From: Octopus bimaculoides
Lineage: Eukaryota
Direction of reading: 5' to 3'
DNA length: 53,524 nucleotides
Assembly (NCBI RefSeq): GCF_001194135.2
Contig: NC_068981.1
Coordinates: 134,022,179-134,075,702, forward strand
The notes beneath the pieces are model-generated. The model ran no database searches and was not told the origin of the DNA. It saw nothing but the letters and a program-made list of their open reading frames with translations. Position 1 is the stretch's first letter, and each line of letters opens with the position of its first letter. A program made the translations under genes and the position numbers. Shown piece after piece: positions 34,543 through 47,264 of this stretch.

Positions 34543-35609
34543 CACATATATATATGCTACATATATACACACACATATATGCATACATATCTATATATAT
34601 ACACACACACACACATATATATACGTACATATATATGTATGTGTGATATATATATATATACACATATATTTACATCTATCTATCTACACATATACACCTC
34701 CCACACACATACACACACATACATATACATTATATATATTATTTTTAAAAATAAAGGTAAACTAGTGACTAGTATACTTGGAAAATGCAGCAGAATTTTG
34801 ATGGAAAGGGAAATTAGCTGATGAAATGAATCTTTGTGTAACAATAGTTTCATAACTGAAATAATGAAACAGGAGACTGAATTAAAATTTAAGCAAAAGA
34901 CCAACATTGCATAAAGTGAATGTGACTGGAAAAGAGAATAATGAACAGATATATGAAATATTTAAAAAGATATGAAAAGAGAAAGAAAAGGGAAGAATAA
35001 ATAAGACTTAGAGGGAAAATGTGAGGGTGGTGGAGAAGGAGGAGAAGAGTGTTAGAAAGAGAATAATTGAAATCTAGATAGAGTGAAAGAAGGCTCTGTG
35101 GATTTGTAATAATTCTTTGGTTTATTAGAAGAAAACAAATGAAGATTACGATTGAAAGATAACTGAAAAGATTAAAGAGAAAATAATATTGATCTGATAT
35201 TAGAAAGATTGGATCTCTATGTGTGAATGTGTGTGCGTGTGTGTGTTTGTGTGCGCGCGCGTGTGTGCGTGTGTACATGTGCACGCATGTGTGTGTGTGT
35301 ACATGTGCACACATGTGTGTGTATATATATATATATATATATGTATGTATATATAAAATGTAATAGATTTTCTCTTAAAGATGGAATTCTTGAAGAAAAT
35401 GAAGATATTTTGCTAAATGGATCAAAGTAATATTATTCTTAATTGGAATGGTTTTAAGTACTTTTCACTTGTGAACCAATGAAAGAACCTGTTTACAATC
35501 ACTTGAACTGTTAGAAATAGCAGCTAAATTTAACTTAAATCATTCCCTGCCACATTAAAGAGGACAAATACATTAAATAATGAAGTAATAAATACACAGT
35601 ATCTGAAAT

Positions 35610-35830
35610 AACCCTTTCTGCTATGGGCACAAGGCCTGAAATTTTGGGGAAGGGGGCTAGTTGATAGCATTGATCCTATTGCATGACTGGTACTTAATTG
35701 ATCAACCTCAAAAGGATGCAAAGCAAAACTGACCTCAGTGGAATTTGAACTCAGAACATACAGATGGACAAAATGTTGCCAAGCACTTTACCTGGTGTAC
35801 CAAAGATTCAGCCAGCTCACTACCTTAACA
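35610..35830 (-). mobile_element. SINE family C copy
   Basis: tttctgctatgggcacaaggcctgaaattttggg...gacctcagtggaatttgaactcagaac...ccagctcactacc. Confidence 0.8.
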
Positions 35831-37064
35831 GTTTCTGAAATAATATGAACTAGTTATAGTTTTATCATTGGTCTAATCGATCTGAGCTTACAAAGAGATT
35901 AAACAAGCTCAACACCAACAAAGACTAGTGGTCTTTTATGCCCTCGCACATACATTACGGACTCTCATCTCATAGACAACAGATGAGGGATCTGCAATTT
36001 CTTACTTCACGAACTGCACAAAGTTTTGTCTACAGTGTTCAAATGTTTGTACTGTACATTAGCTCACTGCCACTACCCAATTGACAGATGTGTGGTGCAC
36101 CACACATCAGGTGTTGAAGTGATTGCAGAATGACGTGAAATGAAGCGTTTTGCTAAAAAATACCACACATCACTCAGTCTGAGAATCGAAACCATGATCT
36201 CACAACCACGAGTGCAACAGGTTAACCACAAGGCCACATGCCCTCACATACATACATACATACATACATACATAATTAATAAAAAAAAAAGGGAGAAAAA
36301 GACAAGAAAGAAACAACGCAAGGATGTGGTACATGCAAAGTATTAATAAGACACTCAAAGGAGGAAAGACAGAGTGATTGTTTTACATTTTGAGCAAAGC
36401 TCTTCTTCGGAAACAGGAGACATAGGAAAGTCCAAAAGAAAAGGAAGAAGGAAAAAATAATCACCAACAGTCCACATGTAGTTACATTTTGGAATGACCA
36501 GAAGTAGATGGACAAAGAGAAAGTGCTTTCTGGAACAGGAGAGTGTGAAGAATGATTGGTATCTGTGTGTGTGTATGTGTGTGTGTGTGCGTGCGCGCGC
36601 GCATGTGTGTGTGGTGGCATGTGTGTGTGTATGTGTGTGTTTATAGTAGTGTGTGTGTGGCAGTAACTGAGTGCATGAATGTTTGGCAGTAACTGAGTGT
36701 GTGTGTGTGTGCATGTGGTGGTGGTGGCATTATGAGTATGTGATATTGTGTGTGTGTGTGTGTGTGTGCATGGTAGCATGTTTATGTGTGGCAGTAACTG
36801 AGTGCATGTGTGTGCATGGTAGCATGTGTGTGTGTAGTGTACATACATACATATACGAGAAGCCATAGCNNNNNNNNNNNNNNNNNNNNNNNNNNNNNNN
36901 NNNNNNNNNNNNNNNNNNNNNNNNNNNNNNNNNNNNNNNNNNNNNNNNNNNNNNNNNNNNNNNNNNNNNNTGTGCATGGTAGCATGTTTATGTGTGGCAG
37001 TAACTGAGTGCATGTGTGTGCATGGTAGCATGTGTGTGTGTAGTGTACATACATACATATACGA

Positions 37065-37352
37065 GAAGCCATAGCTACTCATAATAAAAAGGAGTACTGG
37101 TGGAATATTCCAGTGAAGCCCTCAATAAAATGTAACCACAACAGATTTGATATAATGATTTGGGATAGAGAAGAGAAACTGTGTACAATTGTGGAAATTA
37201 GCTGCCCAGCAGATGTTAACGTAAAGCTGAAGTTCAATGAAAAAGAGAACACCCATGCTGAACTATTGAGAAATCTGCAGTTACTCTGCCCAGATTACAA
37301 GTTCAGGTATATCCCTGTAATTATTGGGGCTGCGGGATATGTAACACATATA
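37065..37352 (+). mobile_element. RLE-type (R4/Dong-like) non-LTR retrotransposon fragment 1, endonuclease domain
   Basis: EYWWNIPVKPSIKCNHNRFDIMIWDREEKLCTIVEISCPADVNV..LLRNLQLLCPDYKFRYIPVIIGAAGYV, a PD..D..E restriction-like endonuclease pattern. Confidence 0.75.
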
Positions 37353-37450
37353 GAAGAGACATACATATATGTAACACATGTAGAAGAGACATACATACAT
37401 GCATACATACATACATACATATGTATGTACGTACGTACATACATACATAC

Positions 37451-37900
37451 ATTCCCATCAAAACTTATGTCAAATGTAAACAAACAGGCAGGATATTGTT
37501 GTCTGGGACAGACAAAAAATGTATGCCCTGTCATAGAGGTCAGCTGCCCTTGCTGATGTGAATATCTCATTGAAAGTCAAAGAGAATGAGAATAATTATT
37601 GGATAGTTACTTCGAAACCTCCAGTTTCTGTATCCAGATTATAAAGTCACATTATACCAATTATTATTAATGCATTTGGATAAGCTAGGAATTTCAGAAA
37701 TAGAAATCAACCAGTTAATTCATGTACTGCTACGACAATCTGTAAGTGGAACAGTTATAATATGTAAGAATTTTCTCAAGTTGGAAATGCAAATTTGATT
37801 TTATCTACATTCTAATGATGGAATTTAGTATCTTTGTTACAAACCAGCTCCTTCTTAACAGGAAGACTTCAAATAATTAAAACAAGAGAACATAAATACA
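37451..37900 (+). mobile_element. RLE-type retrotransposon fragment 2 (frameshifted) with probable 3' UTR
   Basis: IPIKTYVKCK..DIVVWDRQK..IEVSCP.ADVNISLKVKE..LRNLQFLYPDYK..GTVIICKNFLKL; ends in TACATAC. Confidence 0.7.
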
Positions 37901-37902
37901 TA

Positions 37903-38240
37903 CAGCAGATGTCAATATAATTTTAAAGATTAGTCAAAAAGAAAACATCTATGCTGGACTGATGAGAAATCTGCAGTTATTCTACCCAGACTATAATTTT
38001 AGATTTCTATCAATAATTATTGAAGCAATCAGGTATGTGACTAATTGCTCCCAGAACAATCTTGAGAAGCTAGATTTCACAGAATCAGAAAGAACATGCT
38101 TAATCAGATTACAGCCTCAAGTTATCAAAGGCACTGTCAAAATATGTAAAACGTTCATGAAGTTCAGCATTTAATAAGATCCATGTATGTAATGCCATCC
38201 ATGCCTATGCACATGTCGTTATGTGCATTTGTATATATAC
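37903..38240 (+). mobile_element. RLE-type retrotransposon fragment 3, C-terminus and 3' UTR
   Basis: ADVNIILKISQKENIYAGLMRNLQLFYPDYNFRF..GTVKICKTFMKFSI* (stop 38172-38174), then (TACA)-rich sequence. Confidence 0.75.
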
Positions 38241-38969
38241 ATGTGTACATATATGTATGTATACATACATATGCATGCATATATATGTTTGCATACACAT
38301 ATATACACACACACATACGTACATAAATGCATGCATACATAATGTACATAAATGCATACATACATAAATGCATATATACATACATAAATGCATACATATA
38401 TGCATACATAAATAAATGCAAACATACAGACATGCATACATAAATAAATGCATACATACATACATTAGTGCATACATGCATACATACATTCATACAGCCA
38501 TAAATGTTAAATGTTTGCATACCTGCATACNNNNNNNNNNNNNNNNNNNNNNNNNNNNNNNNNNNNNNNNNNNNNNNNNNNNNNNNNNNNNNNNNNNNNN
38601 NNNNNNNNNNNNNNNNNNNNNNNNNNNNNNNNNNNNNNNNNNNNNNNNNNNNNNNNNNNNNNNNNNNNNNNNNNCAAACATGCATGCATACATAAATACA
38701 TATATAAATGCATGCATGCATACATACATACATACATACATACATACACACATACATACAAACATACATATATACATACATACATACATACACACACACA
38801 TACATACATACATACATACATACATACATACATACATGCATACATTTGTACATACAAGACTAGCATGCTGATGCTATCTATATTTTAATGGAAGATTCAT
38901 GTTTCTAGGCTAGAAACCAGCTCTTTACTCATTGGTGAGAACTTTGAAAAATAAAAATCAAGAAAACTT

Positions 38970-39006
<37 letters not shown>

Positions 39007-39220
39007 TGCACGCACACACACACACACACATGCACATTCACGCATACATACAAATATGTATACATGTACGTACGTACATACATACATACATCCCAGTATA
39101 TTTCATTGAATCAATGTGTGTGAGTCTGTATGCATATGTGTGTGTATATGTATATATATATATATATATATATGTATATACATATGCAGGCATGTATATA
39201 TGTATATATGTACGTATAAT
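38240..39220. repeat. Compound (CATA)n/(CA)n/(TA)n microsatellite field with an N-gap
   Basis: Directly visible. Confidence 0.95.
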
Positions 39221-39544
39221 TCAGTAGGTAAATAATATAACTGTTGTGAATTATGAGAAACTATTGTATTTTCACGGAGTTATACAATGGTGCATACTTT
39301 TAAGACATTCATTCCATAAATATCTTCTTTTAAAGAAAATTTAATTCATTATATCACTTCTTGTATGAATATCCAGTAATTCTGGTGTTTTCAACCAGAC
39401 CAAGATTGATGAATTTCATTTTTGTTCACTAATAAAAAGCTTTCTATTGTTGCAAGCAATGGATTGAATTATTTTTGTAAAGTTAAGAAAAATATTTCTT
39501 GGAAAAATATTTCAATGAGTCTGGAATTTTTTTAAAAATCTTAG

Positions 39545-39830
39545 GAGCAGGCATTTCTGGATGGTAAGAAGCTTGCTTCTCAACAGCATGGTTTTGGGTT
39601 CAATCCCATTGCATAGAAAGAAGATCATCATATATGTGTGTGTGTTTGTCTCCCACTACTGCTTGACAACCATTGTCGGTGTGTTTATGTCCCTGAACTT
39701 ACTGGTTTGGCAAAAGAGACCGATAAAATTAGTACAAGGTTTAAAAAAAAATATGTACTGGGGTCAATCCATTCAACTAAATTTCTTCAAGGCAGTGCCC
39801 CAGCATGGCCGCGGTCTAATGAATGAAACA
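39545..39830 (+). mobile_element. SINE family A, internally deleted
   Basis: Head followed by the 3' body. Confidence 0.75.
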
Positions 39831-39857
39831 TCATCAGAATGCAGAGTCATATGTAGA

Positions 39858-40400
39858 GGTGGTGGTGGTGATGGTGGTGGTGGTGGTGGTGNNNNNNNNN
39901 NNNNNNNNNNNNNNNNNNNNNNNNNNNNNNNNNNNNNNNNNNNNNNNNNNNNNNNNNNNNNNNNNNNNNNNNNNNNNNNNNNNNNNNNNNNNNNNNNNNN
40001 NNNNNNNNNNNNNNNNNNNNNNNNNNNNNNNNNNNNNNNNNNNNNNNNNNNNNNNNNNNNNNNNNNNNNNNNNNNNNNNNNNNNNNNNNNNNNNNNNNNN
40101 NNNNNNNNNNNNNNNNNNNNNNNNNNNNNNNNNNNNNNNNNNNNNNNNNNNNNNNNNNNNNNNNNNNNNNNNNNNNNNNNNNNNNNNNNNNNNNNNNNNN
40201 NNNNNNNNNNNNNNNNNNNNNNNGGTGGTGGTGGTGGTGGTGAGGAGGAGGAGGAGGAGGAAGAGGAGTAGGAGGAGGAGGAGGAGGAGGAAGAGGAGTA
40301 GGAGGACAGCAATGATAATGACAACAATGATGCTGACAGTGATGATGAAAATATCAGTGATGACAACAATGATTATGATGACAATGGTGCTGACAATCAC
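39858..40400. repeat. (GGT)n-(GAG)n-(GAT/AAT)n trinucleotide run with an N-gap (39892-40223)
   Basis: Directly visible. Confidence 0.95.
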
Positions 40401-40454
40401 AATCATGGCAACAACATTAAGTCCATATTTTGTTTGGGGATGGATGGAGAGGCA

Positions 40455-40640
40455 GAATTGTTACTGAGCTTAGCAGCATTTCTTCCAACTTTAAGTTCCA
40501 AGTTCAAATGCCACCAGGGTCATCTTTGCCTTTCATCTTTTTGAGATTAATAAAATAAGTACCAGTTGTGTACTGGGGTCAATATAATTGACTTGCCTTC
40601 CCCCATAATTGCTGGCCTTCTGCCAAAATTTGATACCAAT
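40455..40640 (+). mobile_element. SINE family C copy, diverged
   Basis: aagttcaaatgccaccagggtcatctttgcctttcatc...aagtaccagttgtgtactggggtc. Confidence 0.7.
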
Positions 40641-40727
40641 ATTTTGTTTGGGGTAAGTGCAGCAAGTGGGTCCCAGCATTTTGAAGTGAAATGTTTAGGA
40701 AGAAATCTACAAAATAAGGCACTTCAA

Positions 40728-40947
40728 CCCTTTGGTATTCAGATTACTCTGTCAAATGTAATACTTATTTATTCACATTTTATAAAATTAATTCTGTATT
40801 ATCTTGTAGCTTTGATATTTCGAAGATATGATTGTTTATTTTTAGAATGACATTGCAGGGCAGGTGTGAGAGGCCTGATCTGGCAAGTATGAACATAAAA
40901 TAGATAGAACATTTGGGCCAGATATGGCTGGCTTAAATGCTAAAGGG
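40728..40947. mobile_element. piggyBac-type MITE family D
   Basis: ccctttggtattcagattactc...aatgctaaaggg|tta. Confidence 0.8.
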
Positions 40948-41040
40948 TTAGTAGGGGAAGGCAGACTTACTTTTGAAAACTTCCATAGCAAATGCTGGTT
41001 GTGGAAACTAATTATGTCTTTATGATTCAGGTATCTAAAG

Positions 41041-41465
41041 CAGGGGTTTTCAACCATTTTTTACTTGTGGACCTCTTTAATTCCTATTTTACTCAGGTGG
41101 ACCCTCATAGCCATTTAATGTTTAGAAAATCCTATTGTATTTTTTTTTTTCATAATTAAATATTATTAGGAAGTGATTAATAAAAAAATTAACATAGGTG
41201 CAGGAGTGGCTGTGTGGTAAGTAGCTTGCTTACCAACCACATGGTTTTAGGTTCAGTCCCACTGCATNNNNNNNNNNTCCTGGGGTCGATTTGTTCATCT
41301 AAAGGCAGTGCTCCAGCATGGCTGCAGTCAAATGACTGAAACAAATAAAAGAATAAAAGAATATTTTGTGTATTCTAGAACTATAACCAATTTATTGCAC
41401 ATAAATTTGAACAACAAAATCTTATGTGAACCCCCAAGGGACAGAAGTTCCCATGAAGAACTCAA
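41041..41465. mobile_element. hAT-type element related to 30800-31505 (opposite orientation), interrupted by SINE A (about 41197-41360)
   Basis: caggggttttcaaccattttttacttgtggacc matches the reverse complement of the 31505 end; the distal half matches the 30800 end. Confidence 0.7.
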
Positions 41466-42975
41466 GGAAAGGCTTATAAATTTAGATTATAGGCAATTCA
41501 GTTTGGCTTTTCTTTAAATATTCCAGAATAACAAAATAGTGATAACTATAGCCTAAGGTCACATTGAAGCACTTGCCTAAGGTACCATATCATAGCATTA
41601 AGCCTAGAACCATGTAATTTCAAAGCAAACTTCTTAACTCATAACCATGTTTGTGCTTATAATTAACCATAGTTATTCAGCTCAGTTGTGTTAGCTGAGC
41701 AACAAGCCAAGCTATTGAATCAATAGTTCAATAACAGTTCAATATTTGAACCACTAAGAAATTTTGTCTTATAACAGTAAACAACAACAACAAAAAAAAA
41801 TGTCTGAATTATTTAAAGATCTAAGAAGATTAAATAAAATTCCAGTCTGAACAGAACTTTTGCAGACTCATTAATTTGTCATAGTGGAGACTGTTTGTGT
41901 TTGATCAGATAGCCATAAAGATATTTGTTGTTTTGTCTTTTTTTTATCCAATAATATGAACTATGATACCTGAGAGCAATTAACAATTAAAACAAAATCA
42001 AGACTAAAATACACGTCTCATTATTTTAAAGAATTATACAAAAATGTTCTCTAACGAAAATTGGTGATGGAAATAATAGTTGTACTACTTTCAAAATATA
42101 CAAGTTGGCTAAGTGAAAGATACGATGTATTTTACAAGAATATAATAAATTTTTGCGTTAGGTGTTTAAGAATTCAAAGCTCAGTAAATGTCATTTTCAT
42201 AAAGTCATGTACTCATGCTCTAATATACATATATAAATATGTATATATATATATATATATNNNNNNNNNNNNNNNNNNNNNNNNNNNNNNNNNNNNNNNN
42301 NNNNNNNNNNNNNNNNNNNNNNNNNNNNNNNNNNNNNNNNNNNNNNNNNNNNNNNNNNNNNNNNNNNNNNNNNNNNNNNNNNNNNNNNNNNNNNNNNNNN
42401 NNNNNNNNNNNNNNNNNNNNNNNNNNNNNNNNNNNNNNNNNNNNNNNNNNNNNNNNNNNNNNNNNNNNNNNNNNNNNNNNNNNNNNNNNNNNNNNNNNNN
42501 NNNNNNNNNNNNNNNNNNNNNNNNNNNNNNNNNNNNNNNNNNNNNNNNNNNNNNNNNNNNNNNNNNNNNNNNNNNNNNNNNNNNNNNNNNNNNNNNNNNN
42601 NNNNNNNNNNNNNNNNNNNNNNNNNNNNNNNNNNNNNNNNNNNNNNNNNNNNNNNNNNNNNNNNNNNNNNNNNNNNNNNNNNNNNNNNNNNNNNNNNNNN
42701 NNNNNNNNNNNNNNNNNNNNNNNNNNNNNNNNNNNNNNNNNNNNNNNNNNNNNNNNNNNNNNNNNNNNNNNNNNNNNNNNNNNNNNNNNNNNNNNNNNNN
42801 NNNNNNNNNNNNNNNNNNNNNNNNNNNNNNNNNNNNNNNNNNNNNNNNNNNNCCCTTGGCAAACAGGACACAGTCGTGTGTCGATAAGCCAGCTGGAGGA
42901 GATGTCTTCCTGGGGCTAAAAGCAACAGTAACATCCACCCCTAGGGGTCAGCCACACTTAAGTGGCAATATACTA

Positions 42976-43010
<35 letters not shown>

Positions 43011-43356
43011 GGCCTCTTCAGCAACTCTCTATCCCATGTGTCTCTTCTAGTCCTGCTTATTCCATTTTGTCAATATACATACAAAGAATATGAGGGGTTT
43101 AGTTCAATGGTGATCTAAACGCATAGGTATGCAGTGTAAGTGCTATAATTGGTCATCCATTAGGTTCCAAGTTTACAACTGAGCCTGGAGCTAGGGATCC
43201 ATAGTGGGCTTCCGAGTTAGCCGGTATATATTACAGGAAAAAGGACAACACAAACCAAGGCAGGATGAGTATCTCAAGTCATTTAGAATATCTAATAAGA
43301 GTAAGATAAATCTGAGGTAATTAATTAATTAGTTAATTAATCAATTAATTATTGGA

Positions 43357-43434
43357 TGTCTTACAGCTGTTTCTGAGATATCCCAAGTGATAGGTTAGCA
43401 TCTCCATACACAGAGTACTCTGTCATCAGAGACA
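43357..43434 (-). ncRNA. Type I hammerhead-like motif with intact core (Penelope-type)
   Basis: Minus strand: tgtct-CTGATGA-(long, branched stem II)-GAAA-cagctg-TA-agaca; 5-bp stem I and palindromic helix III; the 10.1/11.1 pair is C/A, non-canonical. Confidence 0.55.
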
Positions 43435-43779
43435 AGGTGAGTATGTATGAAAGTTCTAGACAGGGAATTCACTGTTTATAAAAGAATAAAATAGTAGATA
43501 GAGGAATAAAGAGTAAAACAGTAGATAGAAGACTACAGACAGGAGAATAAAGTTCACAGCTCATCTTCTTCCAGAGGCTATTGAGGTTGGTCTGTACTTC
43601 CATGAAGTTATAGGTCCTTAAGTATAATCTCGGGTAAATCCAGGCAGTATTTGGAATGTTGCGTTCATGTTAAAAAAATAGACCAAGTGGTTAGCTAGTA
43701 TGAAAATGGTCCACGTGGGTATATTCACTCATTCACAACCCATATCTGTCTTTCATGATGTCGTCTTTCTCACTCTGAC

Positions 43780-43950
43780 ATAAAAGCACCCGTTACACTC
43801 TCAGAATGGTTGGTGTTAGGAAGGACATCAAACCGTAGAAAACCATGCCAAATCAGACTGGAGTGTGGTGCAGCCTTCCGGCTTACCAGCCCTGGTCAAA
43901 CCATCCAACCCATGCCAGCATGGACGATGGACATTGAATGATGATGATGA
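43780..43950 (+). mobile_element. Family B retroposon 3' part
   Basis: Ends ccaacccatgccagcatggacgatggacattgaatgatgatgatgat; a similar copy lies at about 44515-44760. Confidence 0.75.
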
Positions 43951-44002
43951 TATACATGTAAATACATACATATATGTGTGTATGTATATGTATCTATATA
44001 TC

Positions 44003-44033
<31 letters not shown>

Positions 44034-44971
44034 GTTTATATATTCGTTTTGCAAGATTCTTGATGTGAAATTGTGTGTTGAAACAGATATTGTTGTATTT
44101 GCCAGTTTAGCCAATAAAAACACACACTATATATTTGATGTTGACACCAAATATATAGTGCGTGTGTTTTTATTGGCTAAACTGGCAACATGACCATCCC
44201 CAAATACAACAATATATATATACACACATACTCCTTGTGAGTATGCCTGGCACTTTGCCACCATCCCCATCTTGTGGTCTCCCACTCTCTCACTCTCTGT
44301 CCTTCTCCTGCACTACTCTCAGGTTGGGCAACCATGTATTTTCTTTGTGGTAGTACACCTGTTTCTGTCCTCATTTCTGATCTTTCTCTGTCCACCCAGG
44401 TAACCTTGTACTTCCTCTACAGCAAGACACCTGTATCTGTCTCACTATAACCTTTTTCATCATATCCTCCAATGCCTTCTCCCCTCTTAAAAGTTTTTGT
44501 CTTGCAAGTACTTGGTGACCCTGTCAGTGCAGGTGCCACATAAACAGCACTACTCACCTCACTTGTGCTTGTGCCACATAAAAAGCACTAAGTCCACTCT
44601 GCTGAGTGGTTAGTGTTAGGAACAGCATCCAGTTCTAAAAATCCTGCCAAAACAGTTGCAGAAGTCTGCAGCAGGTTTAGGCTGGCCGGTTCTTGTGGTA
44701 CCGTCTCACCCATGCTAGCATGGAACACAGACGTCAAATGATGATGATGATGATGATGATGGTATATATATATATATATATTCGACATGTTGAACCACTG
44801 AACTCTACAAGTTGTTTTCATTCTCTCTCTATTTATTTTCTATTATTCCTTTCTTTTGAAGAATGTAGGCTTGAAATATATAAGACTTTTTCATTTCTCC
44901 CAAACATCAAACTAATACACTTGCTTGTTGTTCATACACCTATCTTCATATTTTGTTTTTCTATAAATTTC

Positions 44972-45001
<30 letters not shown>

Positions 45002-45010
<9 letters not shown>

Positions 45011-45254
45011 ATAAAGGATCGTGGGTAAGGCCAAAACCACGTGAAGTAAATGCAAGGTAAATCACAAGAAAACAAATATGTGAATTAATGTAGACTTACT
45101 GGCAACATTCATCAATTTCTTGAAAATGGGGTCATGACCTTGAAATAGTTAATACAAGATAAGTCCATTAATTCACATATTTGTTTTCTTGTGATTTACC
45201 TTGCTCTTACTTTGCCTTGTTTTGGCCTTACCCATGATCCTTTATACAATATAT
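45002..45254. repeat. Fold-back element: about 95-bp inverted arms (45002-45097, 45161-45254) around a 63-bp spacer
   Basis: Arms match by eye with about 10 differences; adjoins (TA)n. Confidence 0.9.
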
Positions 45255-45351
45255 TCTAAAGCTTCATAGTAATTATATATATATATATATACACACACAC
45301 ATACATACATACATGCATGCATGTATATATATGCATATATGTATATACATA

Positions 45352-45393
<42 letters not shown>

Positions 45394-45399
45394 CATATA

Positions 45400-45555
45400 C
45401 AATGGTCTTCCATACGGTTTCTGTTGACCAAATTCACTTACAAGGCTTCCGTCAATTTGGAGCTATAGTAAAAGACACTTGCCCAAAGTGCCATGCAGTG
45501 GGACTGAACCTGAAATGATGTGGTTGCAAAGCAAGCTTCTTAACCACACAGTTCC
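45400..45555 (-). mobile_element. SINE family A 5' half, inverted
   Basis: Reverse complement of the head and CORE-like segment. Confidence 0.75.
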
Positions 45556-45676
45556 TACCTTATACAAAGGTCGAGAGGTCCAAGCTTAAGGACTGGTTCT
45601 TTGTATAAATCTAATCTCTCACTCCACCCCACCGACATCTCTCTCCTTTCTGTTTTACATAATGTAAAAAGCTTAA

Positions 45677-45895
45677 AGGCGGCAAGCTGGTAGAATCGTT
45701 AGCATGCTGGGCAAAATGCTTAGAGGTATTTCATCTGCTGCTATGTTCTGAGTTCAAATTCCACCGAAGTCGACTTTGCCTTTTATCCTTTTGGAGTCAA
45801 AGAAATAAGTACCAGCTTCACACTGGCGTCGATATAATCAACTAGTCCCCCTCCCCAAAAATTTTCAAGGCCTTGTACCTAGAGTAGAAATAATT
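45677..45895 (+). mobile_element. SINE family C, full length
   Basis: ggcggcaagctggtagaatcgttagcatgc...aaggccttgtacctagagtagaaa. Confidence 0.85.
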
Positions 45896-47264
45896 ATGTA
45901 AGATGCCTTACAACACACCAGAGATGTCATCATGATCTGATGCTTGAGTAAATTAAAGATAATACAAATGTAAATGCTAACTCAATGGGAATATAAACCT
46001 TCTCCACAACTGATGTTGACCTGTGTTAGCAATAGTGGGCGGGTATATGGATATATATATATATTACAACAACAAAAAAAAAAACTAGCAAGAAACTAAT
46101 TAATTATCTAAATAAATAAATATATAAACACAAAAAACGAGATAGAGAGTGAGAGATAAAAAGATTATTAAATATATGTGAGGGAGAAAGCAAAGATACA
46201 ACAACAAAAAACACCTAGCAAGAAACTAATTAATTATCTAAATAAATAAATATATAAACACAAACAACAAACAAACAAAAAACTGTGATTAGCAGTTTGA
46301 AGATTTGAAACATGGATTAATAAATAGATCTAATGGATAGCTAGTGACTAGACAGGATATCTAAACAGATAATGTGGCTGCTAACTGACTGGACTCTTAT
46401 GTTTATGAAGCTGTTCAAGAAACGAAGCAGGTAATTGGATCAAATGATTGACAAGAGTTTATGCTTTATAAATCTGAGGCAATTGTTGACTGGTGGATGG
46501 AGATTAACAACATAACGAGATTTATGTATTTGTTTATTCTGTTACTGGTTTTTGTTTTTAAAGTTATTGAACTGCAGCAATGTTGGAGCACAGCATTCAA
46601 GGGGGTTTCAGTCTGTCATATTGAATTATATCGATCCTTGTATCTATTTCAGTCTGGCACTTTTTTCAGCAATCAATATTTGTTGTTGAATAACTAAGAT
46701 ACCTGTTTTGCACCTGTAAACATAGTCACAAGCACAGACGCAAATACACATGCACGCGCACACACACACACACACACACACATACATGCACACACACACA
46801 TGCACACACACACACTCACATGTGCATACAGACACAGACATACACTCACATGTGAACACAGATACAGACATAGAGGCACACATACACATTCTTTTATTCT
46901 TTTACTTGTTTCAGTCACTTGACTGTGGCCATGTTGGAGCACTGCGTTAAACGGTTTTAGTCGAAGAAATTGACCACAGGAATTATTCTTTGTCAGCCTA
47001 ATACTTTTGCCAAACCACTAAGTTACAGGGATGTAATCATACCAGCATCAGTTATCAAGCGATGGTGGGGGGGACAAACACTTACATACACACATAAACA
47101 CACACACACACACACACACACACGACAGGATTTTTTTCAGTTTCTGTCGACCAAATACATTCACAACGCTTTGGTTGGCCCAAAGCTATAGTAGAAGACA
47201 CTTGACCAAGGTGTCATGCAGCAGGAGTGAACCCAGAACCGTGTGGTTGTGAAGCAAGCTTCTT

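Noticed and set aside
35381-35430. Exon-like segment DGILEENEDILLNGSK*
   Set aside because: Isolated, weak donor, unrecognised; cannot be linked to a gene model.
36770-37075. Exact duplication of about 100 bp on both sides of the gap 36870-36970
   Set aside because: Typical overlapping contig ends across a scaffold gap; probable assembly artefact.
39858-40400. Poly-Gly/Glu/Arg/Val ORFs
   Set aside because: Trinucleotide microsatellite open in several frames, with no splice or domain support.
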